From Actinomycetota bacterium (GTDB lineage: Bacteria; Actinomycetota; Acidimicrobiia; Spongiisociales; ZC4RG35), in contig JBQTHI010000047.1 in the NCBI GenBank assembly GCA_052390035.1, positions 1 through 62,321 on the forward strand: 62,321 nt of DNA. Direction: 5' to 3'. Every line of letters begins with the position of its first letter. Positions within the stretch are counted from its first letter, which is position 1. Positions 49,566 to 59,362 of the stretch are shown here, one piece after another. The notes below the pieces were generated by a model. It saw only the letters and a program-made list of their open reading frames with translations. It was not told where the DNA came from and searched no databases. The position numbers and the translations under genes were made by a program.

Positions 49566-50495
49566 TTAGAGCGGCTCCGCCAGCAGATCGGCGAGCAGCC
49601 AAGCCGAGCGAATCCCATAGTCGGCGTAACAATTGTTCATCAGGGCATGGACCGAGTCGGCCTGTTCGGCGAGTGCCAACACCTTGGGCACCCACTCAGC
49701 CAGCTCCGCAGGCGTATATTCGTACCGGAAACGTTCGGCGGCGGTTATCCCCTTCTTCTCCCAGTTTTCGGCGTTGCGACCGTGGAAGCGGATCTCGGCT
49801 ACCGGGGCGGTGACCGCCACCACCGGGGTAACCGAGCTGTTAAACCCTTGCGGTTCGTCGACGCACACATACGCCATTTGATGGCGCTCGAGAAAACTGA
49901 GCGTGTCATCGATGTGGTCGGGGTCGAGCCATCGCCCATTGCGAAACTCGACGGCCAGCTGAAATTCTTCGAGATGCCGAGCGACCCAGGAGAGATAGCC
50001 GAAGCTACCCCTGGTTGGATAGACGAAAGGGGGCAGCTGAAACAACACCACGCCCAGCTTGCCGGCCGAATGGAGCGGCATCAGGGCATCGCGGAACATC
50101 TTGACTGCCTCCGTCTGGATGTCTCGGGGCAGGTCGCGCATGTAGATGTTGGGTTTTTCCGCCAGTGCAGCCGGGAGCCTTTCCCGGAAGTCCTTCCACA
50201 AGGAGGAAGGAGGGGTGGGGTGTTGGGTGAGAAGTCGGAAGGCCTTGATGTCGAAGGTGAACTCGGCCGGGGTTCGCTCGACCCACAGGCCAACAACCTT
50301 CTCGGACGGTGGGGCGTAATAGGTGGCATCCACCTCGACGATCGGGAAATGGCTGGCATAAAAGGAGAGGCGCTCTTCGGCGGTCATCTTCTCCGCCGGA
50401 TAGAAGCCGCCTCCTTTGATCAGGGTTGGATCGGTCCAAGAGCAGGTGCCGATTCGGATTCCGTCCCCGCCAACCTGTTCCACCGCGGCCCGCAT
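49566..50495 (-). CDS. DUF72 (YecE-like) family protein
   Basis: IRIGTCSW, VEVDATYY, LFQLPP, AVEFR and RFHGRN. Confidence 0.88.
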   Translation of the reverse strand: MRAAVEQVGGDGIRIGTCSWTDPTLIKGGGFYPAEKMTAEERLSFYASHFPIVEVDATYYAPPSEKVVGLWVERTPAEFTFDIKAFRLLTQHPTPPSSLWKDFRERLPAALAEKPNIYMRDLPRDIQTEAVKMFRDALMPLHSAGKLGVVLFQLPPFVYPTRGSFGYLSWVARHLEEFQLAVEFRNGRWLDPDHIDDTLSFLERHQMAYVCVDEPQGFNSSVTPVVAVTAPVAEIRFHGRNAENWEKKGITAAERFRYEYTPAELAEWVPKVLALAEQADSVHALMNNCYADYGIRSAWLLADLLAEPL

Positions 50496-50512
50496 ACCGG
50501 CACAATAGGAAG

Positions 50513-50956
50513 ATGAGCCGGGTGGAGGTCCAAGTCGACATCGACGCTCCGCTTCGCACGGTGTGGGAGGCGGCCGCCGATTTCACCTCCCACCAGGAAT
50601 GGATGAGGGACGTCGAGTCGATGGTCTTCGAGACCGATCAGCAGGTGGGAGAGGGGACCACCCTACGGGTGGCCACCAGAGTCGGACCCTTCCGCACGAC
50701 CGACATTTTGCTCGTGACCGCCTGGACGCCGCTTCGAAGCATCGTTGTCGAACATCGGGGGCTGGTGAAGGGGCGGGGCGAGTTCGCCCTGGCGCCGATC
50801 GGGGGCGCCACCCGGTTCACCTGGAGCGAGAATCTACGTTTTCCTTGGTTCTACGGCGGGCCGATCGGGGCAGCGCTGGCCCGTCCGCTCTTCGTCTGGA
50901 TCTGGCGCCAAAATCTGGCGGCGCTCAAACGGAGATTGGAGGAGAAGGGCGCTTAG
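50513..50956 (+). CDS. SRPBCC/polyketide cyclase family protein
   Basis: IDAPLRTVW...W pattern and C-terminal helix NLAALKRRLE. Confidence 0.8.
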   Translation: MSRVEVQVDIDAPLRTVWEAAADFTSHQEWMRDVESMVFETDQQVGEGTTLRVATRVGPFRTTDILLVTAWTPLRSIVVEHRGLVKGRGEFALAPIGGATRFTWSENLRFPWFYGGPIGAALARPLFVWIWRQNLAALKRRLEEKGA

Positions 50957-51726
50957 CTTCCTCTAAAACTCGCCTTCCGCTTGTCGATAAAGGCCGCCAC
51001 CCCCTCCTGGGCATCCTCCGTCCAGAAGGCCTCGCGAAAGGAGGCGGCTTCGACCGCCATCCCCTCGGCGAGTGGTCTCCCCCACCCGCCGGCCAACGCC
51101 TTTTTCGCCGCGGACATGGCCCGGGTTGGTCCGGCGGCCAACTCGGCCGCGGCCGCCAACGCCCGGTCGAGGAGTTCGTTCGTGGGATACACCCGATCGG
51201 CGAGCCCAATCGCCGTCGCTTCCTCGGCGCCAACTTGCCGGCCGCTGTACACAAGGTCTTTCGCTCGCTGAAAGCCGACGATCCGGGCTAGGCGTTGGGT
51301 CCCCCCTGCCCCCGGGATGAGGCCGAGCAGTATCTCGGGTTGACCCACCTTGGCGTCCTCGGACAGATAGCGGAAGTCGCATCCCATGGCCAGTTCCAAA
51401 CCGCCGCCGAGGGCAAAACCGTGGACGGCGGCGATGCTCGGCTTCTCCAGGGACTCCAGCGCCTGGATCGCTTCGACCAGGGCGCTGGCCAGGGACTCCT
51501 GGCGGTCACCCGATTGGTAGGTCGCTTGGAATCCCTTTATATCGGCCCCGGCCGCGAAGTGAGGCTGACCGGTTATAACCACCGCCCGCACCGTCGGGTG
51601 GGCCGCTTGCTGAAAAGCCGCGAGGAGGTCGGCGGAGAGTTCGCTCGACAGGGCATTGACCGGCGGCCGGTTCAGACGGACCAGGGCAACCGCCCCTTCG
51701 GTGGAGTAGTCGACGAGTGAAGCCAT
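50953..51726 (-). CDS. Enoyl-CoA hydratase/isomerase
   Basis: LNRPPVNAL, FAAGADI, ALGGGLE and QPEILLGLIPGAGGTQRL. Confidence 0.92.
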   Translation of the reverse strand: MASLVDYSTEGAVALVRLNRPPVNALSSELSADLLAAFQQAAHPTVRAVVITGQPHFAAGADIKGFQATYQSGDRQESLASALVEAIQALESLEKPSIAAVHGFALGGGLELAMGCDFRYLSEDAKVGQPEILLGLIPGAGGTQRLARIVGFQRAKDLVYSGRQVGAEEATAIGLADRVYPTNELLDRALAAAAELAAGPTRAMSAAKKALAGGWGRPLAEGMAVEAASFREAFWTEDAQEGVAAFIDKRKASFRGS

Positions 51727-51815
51727 TACCCGGAGGGTAGGTCCCCCCCCGTTCTGACGCGGCAGGACCGTGCCATAGCGCCATAACGGCGCGCCAAAAC
51801 GGGAAACTCAGGGGA

Positions 51816-52462
51816 TCAGAGCACGGCCGTCGTCATCACCACCGATGAGATGACGACGATGATGAGAAGCGACGCTAGGTCACGGCTCCGGGGCGACGAT
51901 TCGGTAAAGGTGTCCAGGTCCCAGATCACCTTGTACGACACGAGCAATGCAGCCAGCCATACCAGTCCGGTCACAGCCCACCCACGCCTTGCCCTCCTGG
52001 GACAGAATTTACTCGCCCCAGGCCTCACGCACCACCCCAAACTTCGGTTGGTGCCGGCCGAAACTAGTCGGCGGCCAGACGGGCGCTCACCTGTCGCCTC
52101 CAGCAACGCCGACTGGGTGCGGGGGGTGGCGCGGTTGATCTCGTCGGCCAGTAACACGTTGGTGAACACCGGTCCCGCCTCGAAGCGGAATTCGGCGGTG
52201 CGAGGGTCGAAGACCCTGACTCCGGTGACGTCGCTCGGGAGCACGTCGGGAGTGCTTGCAATCGGCGGAAACCCACCCCGAGCGAAGCGGCGAAGCTGCG
52301 GGCCAGCATGGTCTTGCCGGTGCCCGGCACGTCGTCGATCAACACGTGGCCCCCGCAGAGGGCGGTCACGGCCACCAGTTCGATCTGTTGGCGTTTGCCG
52401 ACGATCACCCGCTCAACATTGGTGATCAACCCGTCAACCGATGCCTGCAACCCGGCCATCAC
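51816..52462 (-). pseudogene. moxR: Frameshifted, truncated MoxR AAA+ ATPase remnant
   Basis: DVPGTGKT in one frame; [11 protein letters not shown]...[19 protein letters not shown] in another (shift near 52255). Homology ends after ALLEATGER. Confidence 0.8.
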
Positions 52463-52492
52463 CCTCCTCTGCCGGACCCGAGGCTAGAGCGT

Positions 52493-54379
52493 CTATGTCA
52501 ACGGGTATCCGCAGTTGACTGTTGGCTGGTACACCCAATTGGTTTTGGTGGCATTGGACACGCAGTAGCTCATCACGGTCGAGCCGCGGGGGAAGGTGTA
52601 GCTGAGGGTGAGGGTGCCCGAACTGTTGGTGACCCCCGCCTGGTTGACCGTGCGGGTCTGGCCGCGCCGGTTGGTGTAGGTCCAGGTGCCGGTGATGTTG
52701 ACACCCGGCACCCCGGTTCCGTTCGCATCAAGCGCATCCATCGAGATCGTCGCCGTTCGGCCGTTGGCAGCGATCAGAATCGGATACACCGCCACGGTCA
52801 TCACCGGATTGGCCGGTTCGGTCACCGTTACCGAACTGGTGGCGACATCGGTCAGGTTGCCGTCGTTGGCGGTGAGGTTGACCACATAACTCCCGCCGGC
52901 GGGGAACGTGTGGGTGGGGCTGGTTGCGTTGGAGCCGGCAGTACCATCGCCGAAGTCCCAGGTGAATGCCAGCGGGTCGCCGTTCGGGTCGGTCGATGTG
53001 TTGGTGAAGGCGCAGGTCAGGTCGGTGCAGGAATAGGTGAAGCCTGCCACCGGCGGTTGGTTGGGAGGAGGCGGCGGAGGTGGGCTACCGTTGCAGACAC
53101 CCGTTCCACCAAACAGCGCCGAGTTGAGGTAGAGCAAGGGCTCCGGGTTCGAGTCGGGGTCTCCGGAGAAACCGCATGCCGAGCTCTGAGCGGCCCCGGC
53201 GCCTATCACCGCCGATCGGATCGCCATGACATCGGCGCGGTTGTTGGTGGCGAGCCCGTTCTGGGCGATGTACCGCGCCACCGCCCCTGCCACGTAGGGG
53301 GAGGCCATGCTGGTCCCGCTATAGGTGCCGAGATAGCCGTCGTTGAGGAATGTTGAGTAGATGCATACCCCGGGGGCTGCCATCTCCACCAGCGGCCCGT
53401 AGTTGGAGAAGTCGGCGAGGGTGTCATCGACGTCGGGGCGGCAAGTGGGTGCGCCCAGCCCACCCGGCTGGCCGTCGAAGTCGGCAAGGGCCGAAACGGT
53501 GATCACATCGGGATGGGCGGCGGGACTGAACTGTGAGGCATCGATGGCGTCGTTGCCGGCCGCCACCACAAACACCACCCCGGCGCTCACCGCGTTGGCG
53601 ATGGACGTGTCGAGGGCGGCCGAGGAGCCGACGAAGCCGAGGCTCATGTTGGCCACTTCGATCGAGGCGGCCTGGGCAGCGACAAAGTCGATACCGGCCA
53701 GGATCGAGCCCATGTATCCCGTCCCGTCGGCGTTGAGCACCTTCACCGACCACAACACCGCCCCGGGGGCGGTACCGATCGAACCAAAGTCGTTGTCTTT
53801 GGCGGCGGCGATCCCGGCGACATGGGTGCCGTGCCCGTTTTCATCCTGGAAGTTGCCCGAACCCGAGCAGCCACCAAACGTCGGATAGAAGATGGCCTGG
53901 GTGCAATCGGTTACGTAAACCAGGTTGAGGTCGAGGTGGGATCGAGCCTGCCCGGTGGGAGTGGTTCCGATGTAGACCCCGGTGTCGATGATGGCGATGT
54001 CGACGTTCATCGGGGACGCCGGCGGGTTGAGATCGGCGTCGACCCGGTCGACACCGGTCGGGGTCACCTGGCCGCCGGTCTGGGCTATGGCGACCGCCAC
54101 ATCGGGCTCGATGTAGGCCACCAGCGGATGATGGCGGAGGCCTTCCAGCGCCGGGCCGGGCACGGTCATGCTGAATCCCTGTAGGGCGGTCTGATAGACG
54201 AAGCCGACGGTGCCACCGAAGGCTTGGGCCAACCCCTTGGCGGCCTCCTCCGCCGGTCCCGAATCGGGCTGCAGAACCACGATCACCCGTTCCAAAGGAG
54301 GGGCCGCTTCCGCGATGGGGACCATCGCCAGGAACAGGCTCAGGCCTGCCACAACCAGTCCAGATCTGCGCTTCATCAC
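52493..54379 (-). CDS. Secreted S8 subtilase with I9 propeptide and PKD domain
   Basis: Signal peptide; catalytic IIDTG, HGTHVAG and GTSMASP; poly-Pro linker; PKD WDFGDG. Confidence 0.92.
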   Translation of the reverse strand: MMKRRSGLVVAGLSLFLAMVPIAEAAPPLERVIVVLQPDSGPAEEAAKGLAQAFGGTVGFVYQTALQGFSMTVPGPALEGLRHHPLVAYIEPDVAVAIAQTGGQVTPTGVDRVDADLNPPASPMNVDIAIIDTGVYIGTTPTGQARSHLDLNLVYVTDCTQAIFYPTFGGCSGSGNFQDENGHGTHVAGIAAAKDNDFGSIGTAPGAVLWSVKVLNADGTGYMGSILAGIDFVAAQAASIEVANMSLGFVGSSAALDTSIANAVSAGVVFVVAAGNDAIDASQFSPAAHPDVITVSALADFDGQPGGLGAPTCRPDVDDTLADFSNYGPLVEMAAPGVCIYSTFLNDGYLGTYSGTSMASPYVAGAVARYIAQNGLATNNRADVMAIRSAVIGAGAAQSSACGFSGDPDSNPEPLLYLNSALFGGTGVCNGSPPPPPPPNQPPVAGFTYSCTDLTCAFTNTSTDPNGDPLAFTWDFGDGTAGSNATSPTHTFPAGGSYVVNLTANDGNLTDVATSSVTVTEPANPVMTVAVYPILIAANGRTATISMDALDANGTGVPGVNITGTWTYTNRRGQTRTVNQAGVTNSSGTLTLSYTFPRGSTVMSYCVSNATKTNWVYQPTVNCGYPLT

Positions 54380-54454
54380 CGCACTCCCCTGTAGTCGGTT
54401 TTCACAGAAAGCTAGCCGCCCGATCCGGCCGGTAGAAGGGCCTCTCGGCCCTGA

Positions 54455-56188
54455 TCAAAGTCCGATCCGGATGTGATCCTCGTAGGGAAAGATGTCGATC
54501 ATCTCCCCGGTTGCCACCCGGCGTTGCACTTGTTGCCACCACCCGGCCGAGAGCAGCTCGGAATGTTTGTCCATGAATGCCGAGCGGAGATCGCCGTCTA
54601 CGCCGAGAAAGCGGGAGAACTCCTCGGGAAAGACGTCGTCGGGGCCGACGGTGAACCAGGGTTCGGCCGCCATTTCGTCGATCGGGTCGCTCGACTCCGG
54701 CAACTCCTTAAAAACGCAGCGGTCGATGGTGGACAGCTCGTCGTAGTCGTAGAAAACCACCCTCCCGTGCCGGGTGACCCCGAAGTTCTTCAGGAGCAGA
54801 TCGCCCGGAAAGATTCCGGAGGCGGCCAATTCTTTGATGGCGGCGCCGTAGTCGACGATGGCGGCGAGGGCGAGGTCGGGATCGGCGTCGCGAAGATAGA
54901 TATCGAGCGGGATCACCCTGCGCTCGATGTAGGCGTGCTGGATCACCGTCCCTTGCTCATCATGGACAACCGAACGGCCGCACTCAGCGTCGAGTATCTC
55001 AGCCAACTCCTTGGTAAAGCGGCTCCGATCGAACTGCAGGTATTCGAACTCCTGGGCATCGACCAGTCGTCCCGCCCGATCCGCCCGAAACACCATCCGG
55101 TAGCGTTCCCGCACTTCCCCCCGGGTGGTTGTCTTGGGAGCCGGGAAGCGGTCTTTTATCACCTTTACCACCACGTCGAATCCGGGAAGGGTGAACACCG
55201 CCATCACCAGCCCGGCGGTGCCCCTGGCGACCGTGAACTGTTCCCCCGTTCCGGCCAGGTGCTCGAGCAGCTCGCGGTACAACGCAGTCTTGCCGTGTTT
55301 GTGCTGACCGATCGAGATGTAAAGCTCGGAGAGCCGCTTGCGGGGCATCAGCGAGCGGAGGAAGCGGACCAGGTCATAGGGCCGTTCCAGATCGACATGG
55401 AAATAGGAACGGGCAAAAGAGAAGAGGATCGACACCTGGTTCTCCGTGAGGAGGACGGCATCGAGGGTTACACCATCCACCGGATGGAGGAGGGCCAGCA
55501 CCAGCGGTATCACGTGAGATCCGCTGTAGAGGCGCCCCACCAGATAGGCGGCCTTACCGCGGTAGAAGACCGAGTCGACGACTTCGGCGCGGTCGATGAC
55601 CCGCAGAGCTCCGATTCGGTGGAGGTGCTCGCCGATCTTCACCGCCGCCTTTTGACAGTCGGCGGCGAGCGACCGATAGGCCACGTCGTGTCCGGTGGCG
55701 GTAATCATCGCTGACAGCAGCCCGGCAATGTTCGGAGGGTCGATATACGAGCGGTAAACGGCACGGTGGGCTTCGTGGGGCGGTGAGTCGAAGTCGGTGT
55801 CCACGAATTCGATATTGGAGTCCACCCCCACCGTGACAAAGATTCTGCGAGTGACCGAGTTGAAGAAGGTCTCCGCCAGCTCCCAGTCGTTCCGCTCCGA
55901 GATCAACCCCGAATAGACCGCCTTCATCGCCGTCCATACCAGCCGCTCGGAGAGTCGGTCACCCATCAGGTGTCGTACCCCACTCACGGCGTCGTCGAGG
56001 GCATGACCGTATATGTCGAAGCGCTGACGAGCGTCGGCCGCCATGCCCTTCCAGTCCCGCTCTTCGAACCGTATCCGGGCTCGACGGGTGACAATTCGGA
56101 ACCTTCCATCGAACGCCCCGTACGCTTCGGCGATCACCCGGGCGGCCATGTTCGCCAGACGCGAGTCGGAGAGGGCCGGGGTGGTCAT
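54455..56188 (-). CDS. aceK: Bifunctional isocitrate dehydrogenase kinase/phosphatase
   Basis: AETFFNSV, FYRGKAAY, KHGKT, GTAGLVM, VIKDRF, DRAGRLVDAQEF and IFPGDLLLKNFGVTRHGRVVFYDYDE. Confidence 0.93.
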   Translation of the reverse strand: MTTPALSDSRLANMAARVIAEAYGAFDGRFRIVTRRARIRFEERDWKGMAADARQRFDIYGHALDDAVSGVRHLMGDRLSERLVWTAMKAVYSGLISERNDWELAETFFNSVTRRIFVTVGVDSNIEFVDTDFDSPPHEAHRAVYRSYIDPPNIAGLLSAMITATGHDVAYRSLAADCQKAAVKIGEHLHRIGALRVIDRAEVVDSVFYRGKAAYLVGRLYSGSHVIPLVLALLHPVDGVTLDAVLLTENQVSILFSFARSYFHVDLERPYDLVRFLRSLMPRKRLSELYISIGQHKHGKTALYRELLEHLAGTGEQFTVARGTAGLVMAVFTLPGFDVVVKVIKDRFPAPKTTTRGEVRERYRMVFRADRAGRLVDAQEFEYLQFDRSRFTKELAEILDAECGRSVVHDEQGTVIQHAYIERRVIPLDIYLRDADPDLALAAIVDYGAAIKELAASGIFPGDLLLKNFGVTRHGRVVFYDYDELSTIDRCVFKELPESSDPIDEMAAEPWFTVGPDDVFPEEFSRFLGVDGDLRSAFMDKHSELLSAGWWQQVQRRVATGEMIDIFPYEDHIRIGL

Positions 56189-59181
56189 CCGGTCGCTTTC
56201 GAAGTCAGCAGTTTGGAAAGGCGGTCCTGCTCGACGACCAACTCGTGTTGGGTTGCCAGGGCCCAGGCCCGATCGCGCCACCCGGCGGCGTCCTCGGCCC
56301 CGGCCGCAGCCAGCAGACGCAAGGCCTGGACCCGTTGGGTCACATAGCCCTGGCGTTCGGAGAGGGTGAGGGCGGCGGCGGCATCGGCTCGCGCCCTGTC
56401 CTGATCGCCGGTCGCCAGGGCCAGCTCGGCCCGGGCGATCGCCGCCCAGGCGGCGAACAGCGGGTGCTCCTCCCAGGCCGGGTAGTGCTCGATGATCCCA
56501 GCACCCTCCTCGGTTCTGCCCTGATTCGCCAGCGCCTCGGCGAGCACCGGTCTCACCCAGGCTTGATGAAGGGCGATGTCGTGTTCGATCGCCTCCCGCA
56601 GAGCCTCGGCCAGGAAGGTGATGGCAGCGTCGCTTTCTCCTCGCAGGTGATCGACCAGACCCCGGCAGTACAACGCGTAGGTCAGGTCGAAGGGTCGCTG
56701 CGATTCGGCGGCGATCTGGTAAGCACGACCGGTGTAGGAGGCCGCCCGATCGAAATCGCCCAGGGCGGCGTAGGCCGATCCGAGATGGGCGAGGGCATAC
56801 ACCGAGCGGATGCCGGTCTGGCCATGCCGGTCAAAACGCGCGTTCTCCACCCAGTACTCGACATCCGGGGTCAAGAGCTCTATCACCGCCCGAGGGGGCC
56901 CGGAGAACACGTACATCTGGCTGTTGGCGAGCCGCGCCTCGGCCAGGGCCAGGCGATCGTCTCCGGCCAAGAGGCCAATGGCCTCCTCGGCGGCAGCTAG
57001 GGATTCGGCCCGCCTCCCGACCATGCTGAAGTGATAGGCCTGGTGGGTCTTGACATCGGCCAAGGCCCGGTGCCCGGGGAGTCGTCTGGCCAGCCGCTCA
57101 GCGTCCTCCAAATGACGCGCCGCCCTCCAAAACGAGCCTCTCGCCCCGTAAGCGGGACGCAGCTGGGTGCGTACTTCCACACCGGCCCGCAGGTTCTCCT
57201 CCGTCTCGGGCAGGTGGTCGAGGCATTCGATGGCGAGCTCGAAGAGTCGAGCGGCCTCCCGATATGCCGAGCGATCGAGCGCCTTCTCCCCCGCCGACCG
57301 AGCAAAACGAACACCGCTCTCCCACTCTGCGCCGGCGGCGGCGTGCTGAGCCAGAAGCTCGAGCCGCTCGGGCTGGCCCTTCACGCCTTCCTTGAGGGCC
57401 CGCACCGCCGCCCGGTGCAGCATTCGCCGATCACGCAGCGGCAATGACCCGTAAGCGGCGTCCCTGATCAGGGCATGTTTCATCCTGAACTCGGGGATCG
57501 GAAGTTTCCGAGTCTCGTAGACGAAGTCTGCCCTCCGAAGCTCGTCGAGTTGCTCCTTCAAGGCCTCCTCCGGCTCGGCCAGCATCTGGGCGAGGATCGG
57601 GCGGGAGAACTCGATGCCCAACACCGCAGCAGTCTGGAGGACCCGTTTGGTCTGTGGCTCGAGACGATCGATGCGGGCAGTGATCACGCTGTCAACGGTC
57701 TCGGGCATGTCGATAACCAGCTCGGAGGTCGTGGTCCGGTAGGCCCCCGGCTCGCCCTGGAGGACCCCGGTATCGGCCAGCCCGCGGACGGTCTCTTCGA
57801 CAAATAGGGGCACGCCCCCGGTCCGGGCGAGTATCGATGCCTTCAGCTCCCCGACGCTTTGGTCAGCACCAACCAGGTCGTCGACCAGCGCCGCCGCCTG
57901 ATCGGGTTCGAGGCCTTCCAGGCTGATCCTGGTGTGGTTGGGAAGCCCGGTCCAGGGATCGTCGAACTCGGGCCGGTAAGTGATCACCAGGAGAAGGCTG
58001 GACTCTCTGAACGATTTGAGCAGGTCGTCGAGAACGGCCAAGGTCTCGGTGTCTGCCCAATGCAGGTCTTCGACCAAGAGCACCACCAGCCCCCGGCCGG
58101 CCGCTCCCAACAACAGTCCGACGATCGCCTGGCGGGTGCGCCGGCGGCGCACGTCGGGGGCGAGCTCAGACCACTCCTTGCTTTCGAAACCGAGCAATGC
58201 CCGCAGGGCGGGTATGACGACGGCGGGATTCTCGGCAGTGGTCGCCAATTCCTCGGTAATGCGGTCATCCGCCCCGGGATCTTCGAACCATCGCTCGATG
58301 AGATCGCGGAACGGCGCGTAGGCCACGGTTTCGTCGTAGGGGGAGGCTTCCGCCTCGAGGATCCTCGTATCTGGCGGGAGGAAGTTGAGGAGTTCATGGA
58401 CGAGACGCGACTTGCCCATGCCGGGTCCGGCCATCACCGCCGCGACCTGGCCGGCGCCTGCCTGCGCCCGGGCTGCGGCACGCCTGAGATGCGCCATCTC
58501 GACCTCCCGGCCGACGAAGGTGGCCAGCGGCCTGCCGACTCGCACATCCCAACGGTGAGTGGTGGTGGCGCCTTCGAGAACGTAGACGTCGATCGGCTCG
58601 ATCACCCCCCGCAGCTCGCGCGGTCCGAGCGGAGTCACCTTGACGTAACCGTCGGCCAACCGTCGGGTGCTGTCGGTCAGCAGGATCTGGCCGGGGCCGG
58701 CCAGTTGTTGCATGCGGGCGGCAACGTGCACGGCCAGCCCGAGGGGTTTGCCATCGCGAATAAACGCCTCTCCAGTGTTGAGCCCTACCCGCATCTCGAT
58801 CCGGCCATTCGAGACGGCCGACACCAGCGCCGGGATCTCGAGGGCGGCGAGACATGCGCGCACCGCATGATCCTCATAGGCGAGTGGGGCTCCGAACACG
58901 GCCATGATCCCGTCGCCGAGGACATCGGTGACAGTGCCCTGGTAACGGGCCACCGCTCCCATCATCGCTTCGACGGCTGGGGTTACCAGGTCGGCTGCCT
59001 CCTCGGGATCAATCGCTCCGATCAACGAGGTCGAGCCGACGATGTCGGCGAACAGGATGGTTACTCGCTTGCGCTCGGAGGCCGACGATCGGATAGTGTC
59101 ATCCGCCTGTAGGGGTGCGCCGCATTCCGAGCAGAAACGGTCTCCGACATCGGTCGGGGCCCCGCATCGCGGACAACGCAT
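56185..59181 (-). CDS. Zn-ribbon + class III nucleotide cyclase + AAA/STAND NTPase + TPR-like protein
   Basis: CPRCG...CSECG; LFADIVGST, GDGIMAVFG and AARMQ; FVGRE, GPGMGKSRL and VEDLHWAD; helical C-terminus. Confidence 0.88.
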   Translation of the reverse strand: MRCPRCGAPTDVGDRFCSECGAPLQADDTIRSSASERKRVTILFADIVGSTSLIGAIDPEEAADLVTPAVEAMMGAVARYQGTVTDVLGDGIMAVFGAPLAYEDHAVRACLAALEIPALVSAVSNGRIEMRVGLNTGEAFIRDGKPLGLAVHVAARMQQLAGPGQILLTDSTRRLADGYVKVTPLGPRELRGVIEPIDVYVLEGATTTHRWDVRVGRPLATFVGREVEMAHLRRAAARAQAGAGQVAAVMAGPGMGKSRLVHELLNFLPPDTRILEAEASPYDETVAYAPFRDLIERWFEDPGADDRITEELATTAENPAVVIPALRALLGFESKEWSELAPDVRRRRTRQAIVGLLLGAAGRGLVVLLVEDLHWADTETLAVLDDLLKSFRESSLLLVITYRPEFDDPWTGLPNHTRISLEGLEPDQAAALVDDLVGADQSVGELKASILARTGGVPLFVEETVRGLADTGVLQGEPGAYRTTTSELVIDMPETVDSVITARIDRLEPQTKRVLQTAAVLGIEFSRPILAQMLAEPEEALKEQLDELRRADFVYETRKLPIPEFRMKHALIRDAAYGSLPLRDRRMLHRAAVRALKEGVKGQPERLELLAQHAAAGAEWESGVRFARSAGEKALDRSAYREAARLFELAIECLDHLPETEENLRAGVEVRTQLRPAYGARGSFWRAARHLEDAERLARRLPGHRALADVKTHQAYHFSMVGRRAESLAAAEEAIGLLAGDDRLALAEARLANSQMYVFSGPPRAVIELLTPDVEYWVENARFDRHGQTGIRSVYALAHLGSAYAALGDFDRAASYTGRAYQIAAESQRPFDLTYALYCRGLVDHLRGESDAAITFLAEALREAIEHDIALHQAWVRPVLAEALANQGRTEEGAGIIEHYPAWEEHPLFAAWAAIARAELALATGDQDRARADAAAALTLSERQGYVTQRVQALRLLAAAGAEDAAGWRDRAWALATQHELVVEQDRLSKLLTSKATG

Positions 59182-59308
59182 CAGCGAGGAACCGCAGCTC
59201 GAGCAATAGGCGGCGCCCTCGCGGTTGGCGTGGCCGCAGGTGGGACAGAACAGTATCAGTCCACGGTATCAGCCGCTTGAGGGCGTCCGAAAGCCGGTCG
59301 ATAATGGG

Positions 59309-59337
59309 GGAACCGCTACGAAGCAACCCCACGTCGA
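59309..59337 (+). promoter_or_regulatory. Candidate ECF sigma promoter
   Basis: GGAACC-N17-CGTCGA upstream of the DUF4349 gene, similar to 38252-38279. Confidence 0.4.
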
Positions 59338-59362
59338 ACCTGCAACGACCTGGAAGGGAACC

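Noticed and set aside
56185-59181. Anti-phage Avs/Pycsar system
   Set aside because: The architecture matches the widespread cyclase-AAA-TPR signalling family. No effector gene or defence-island context is present.
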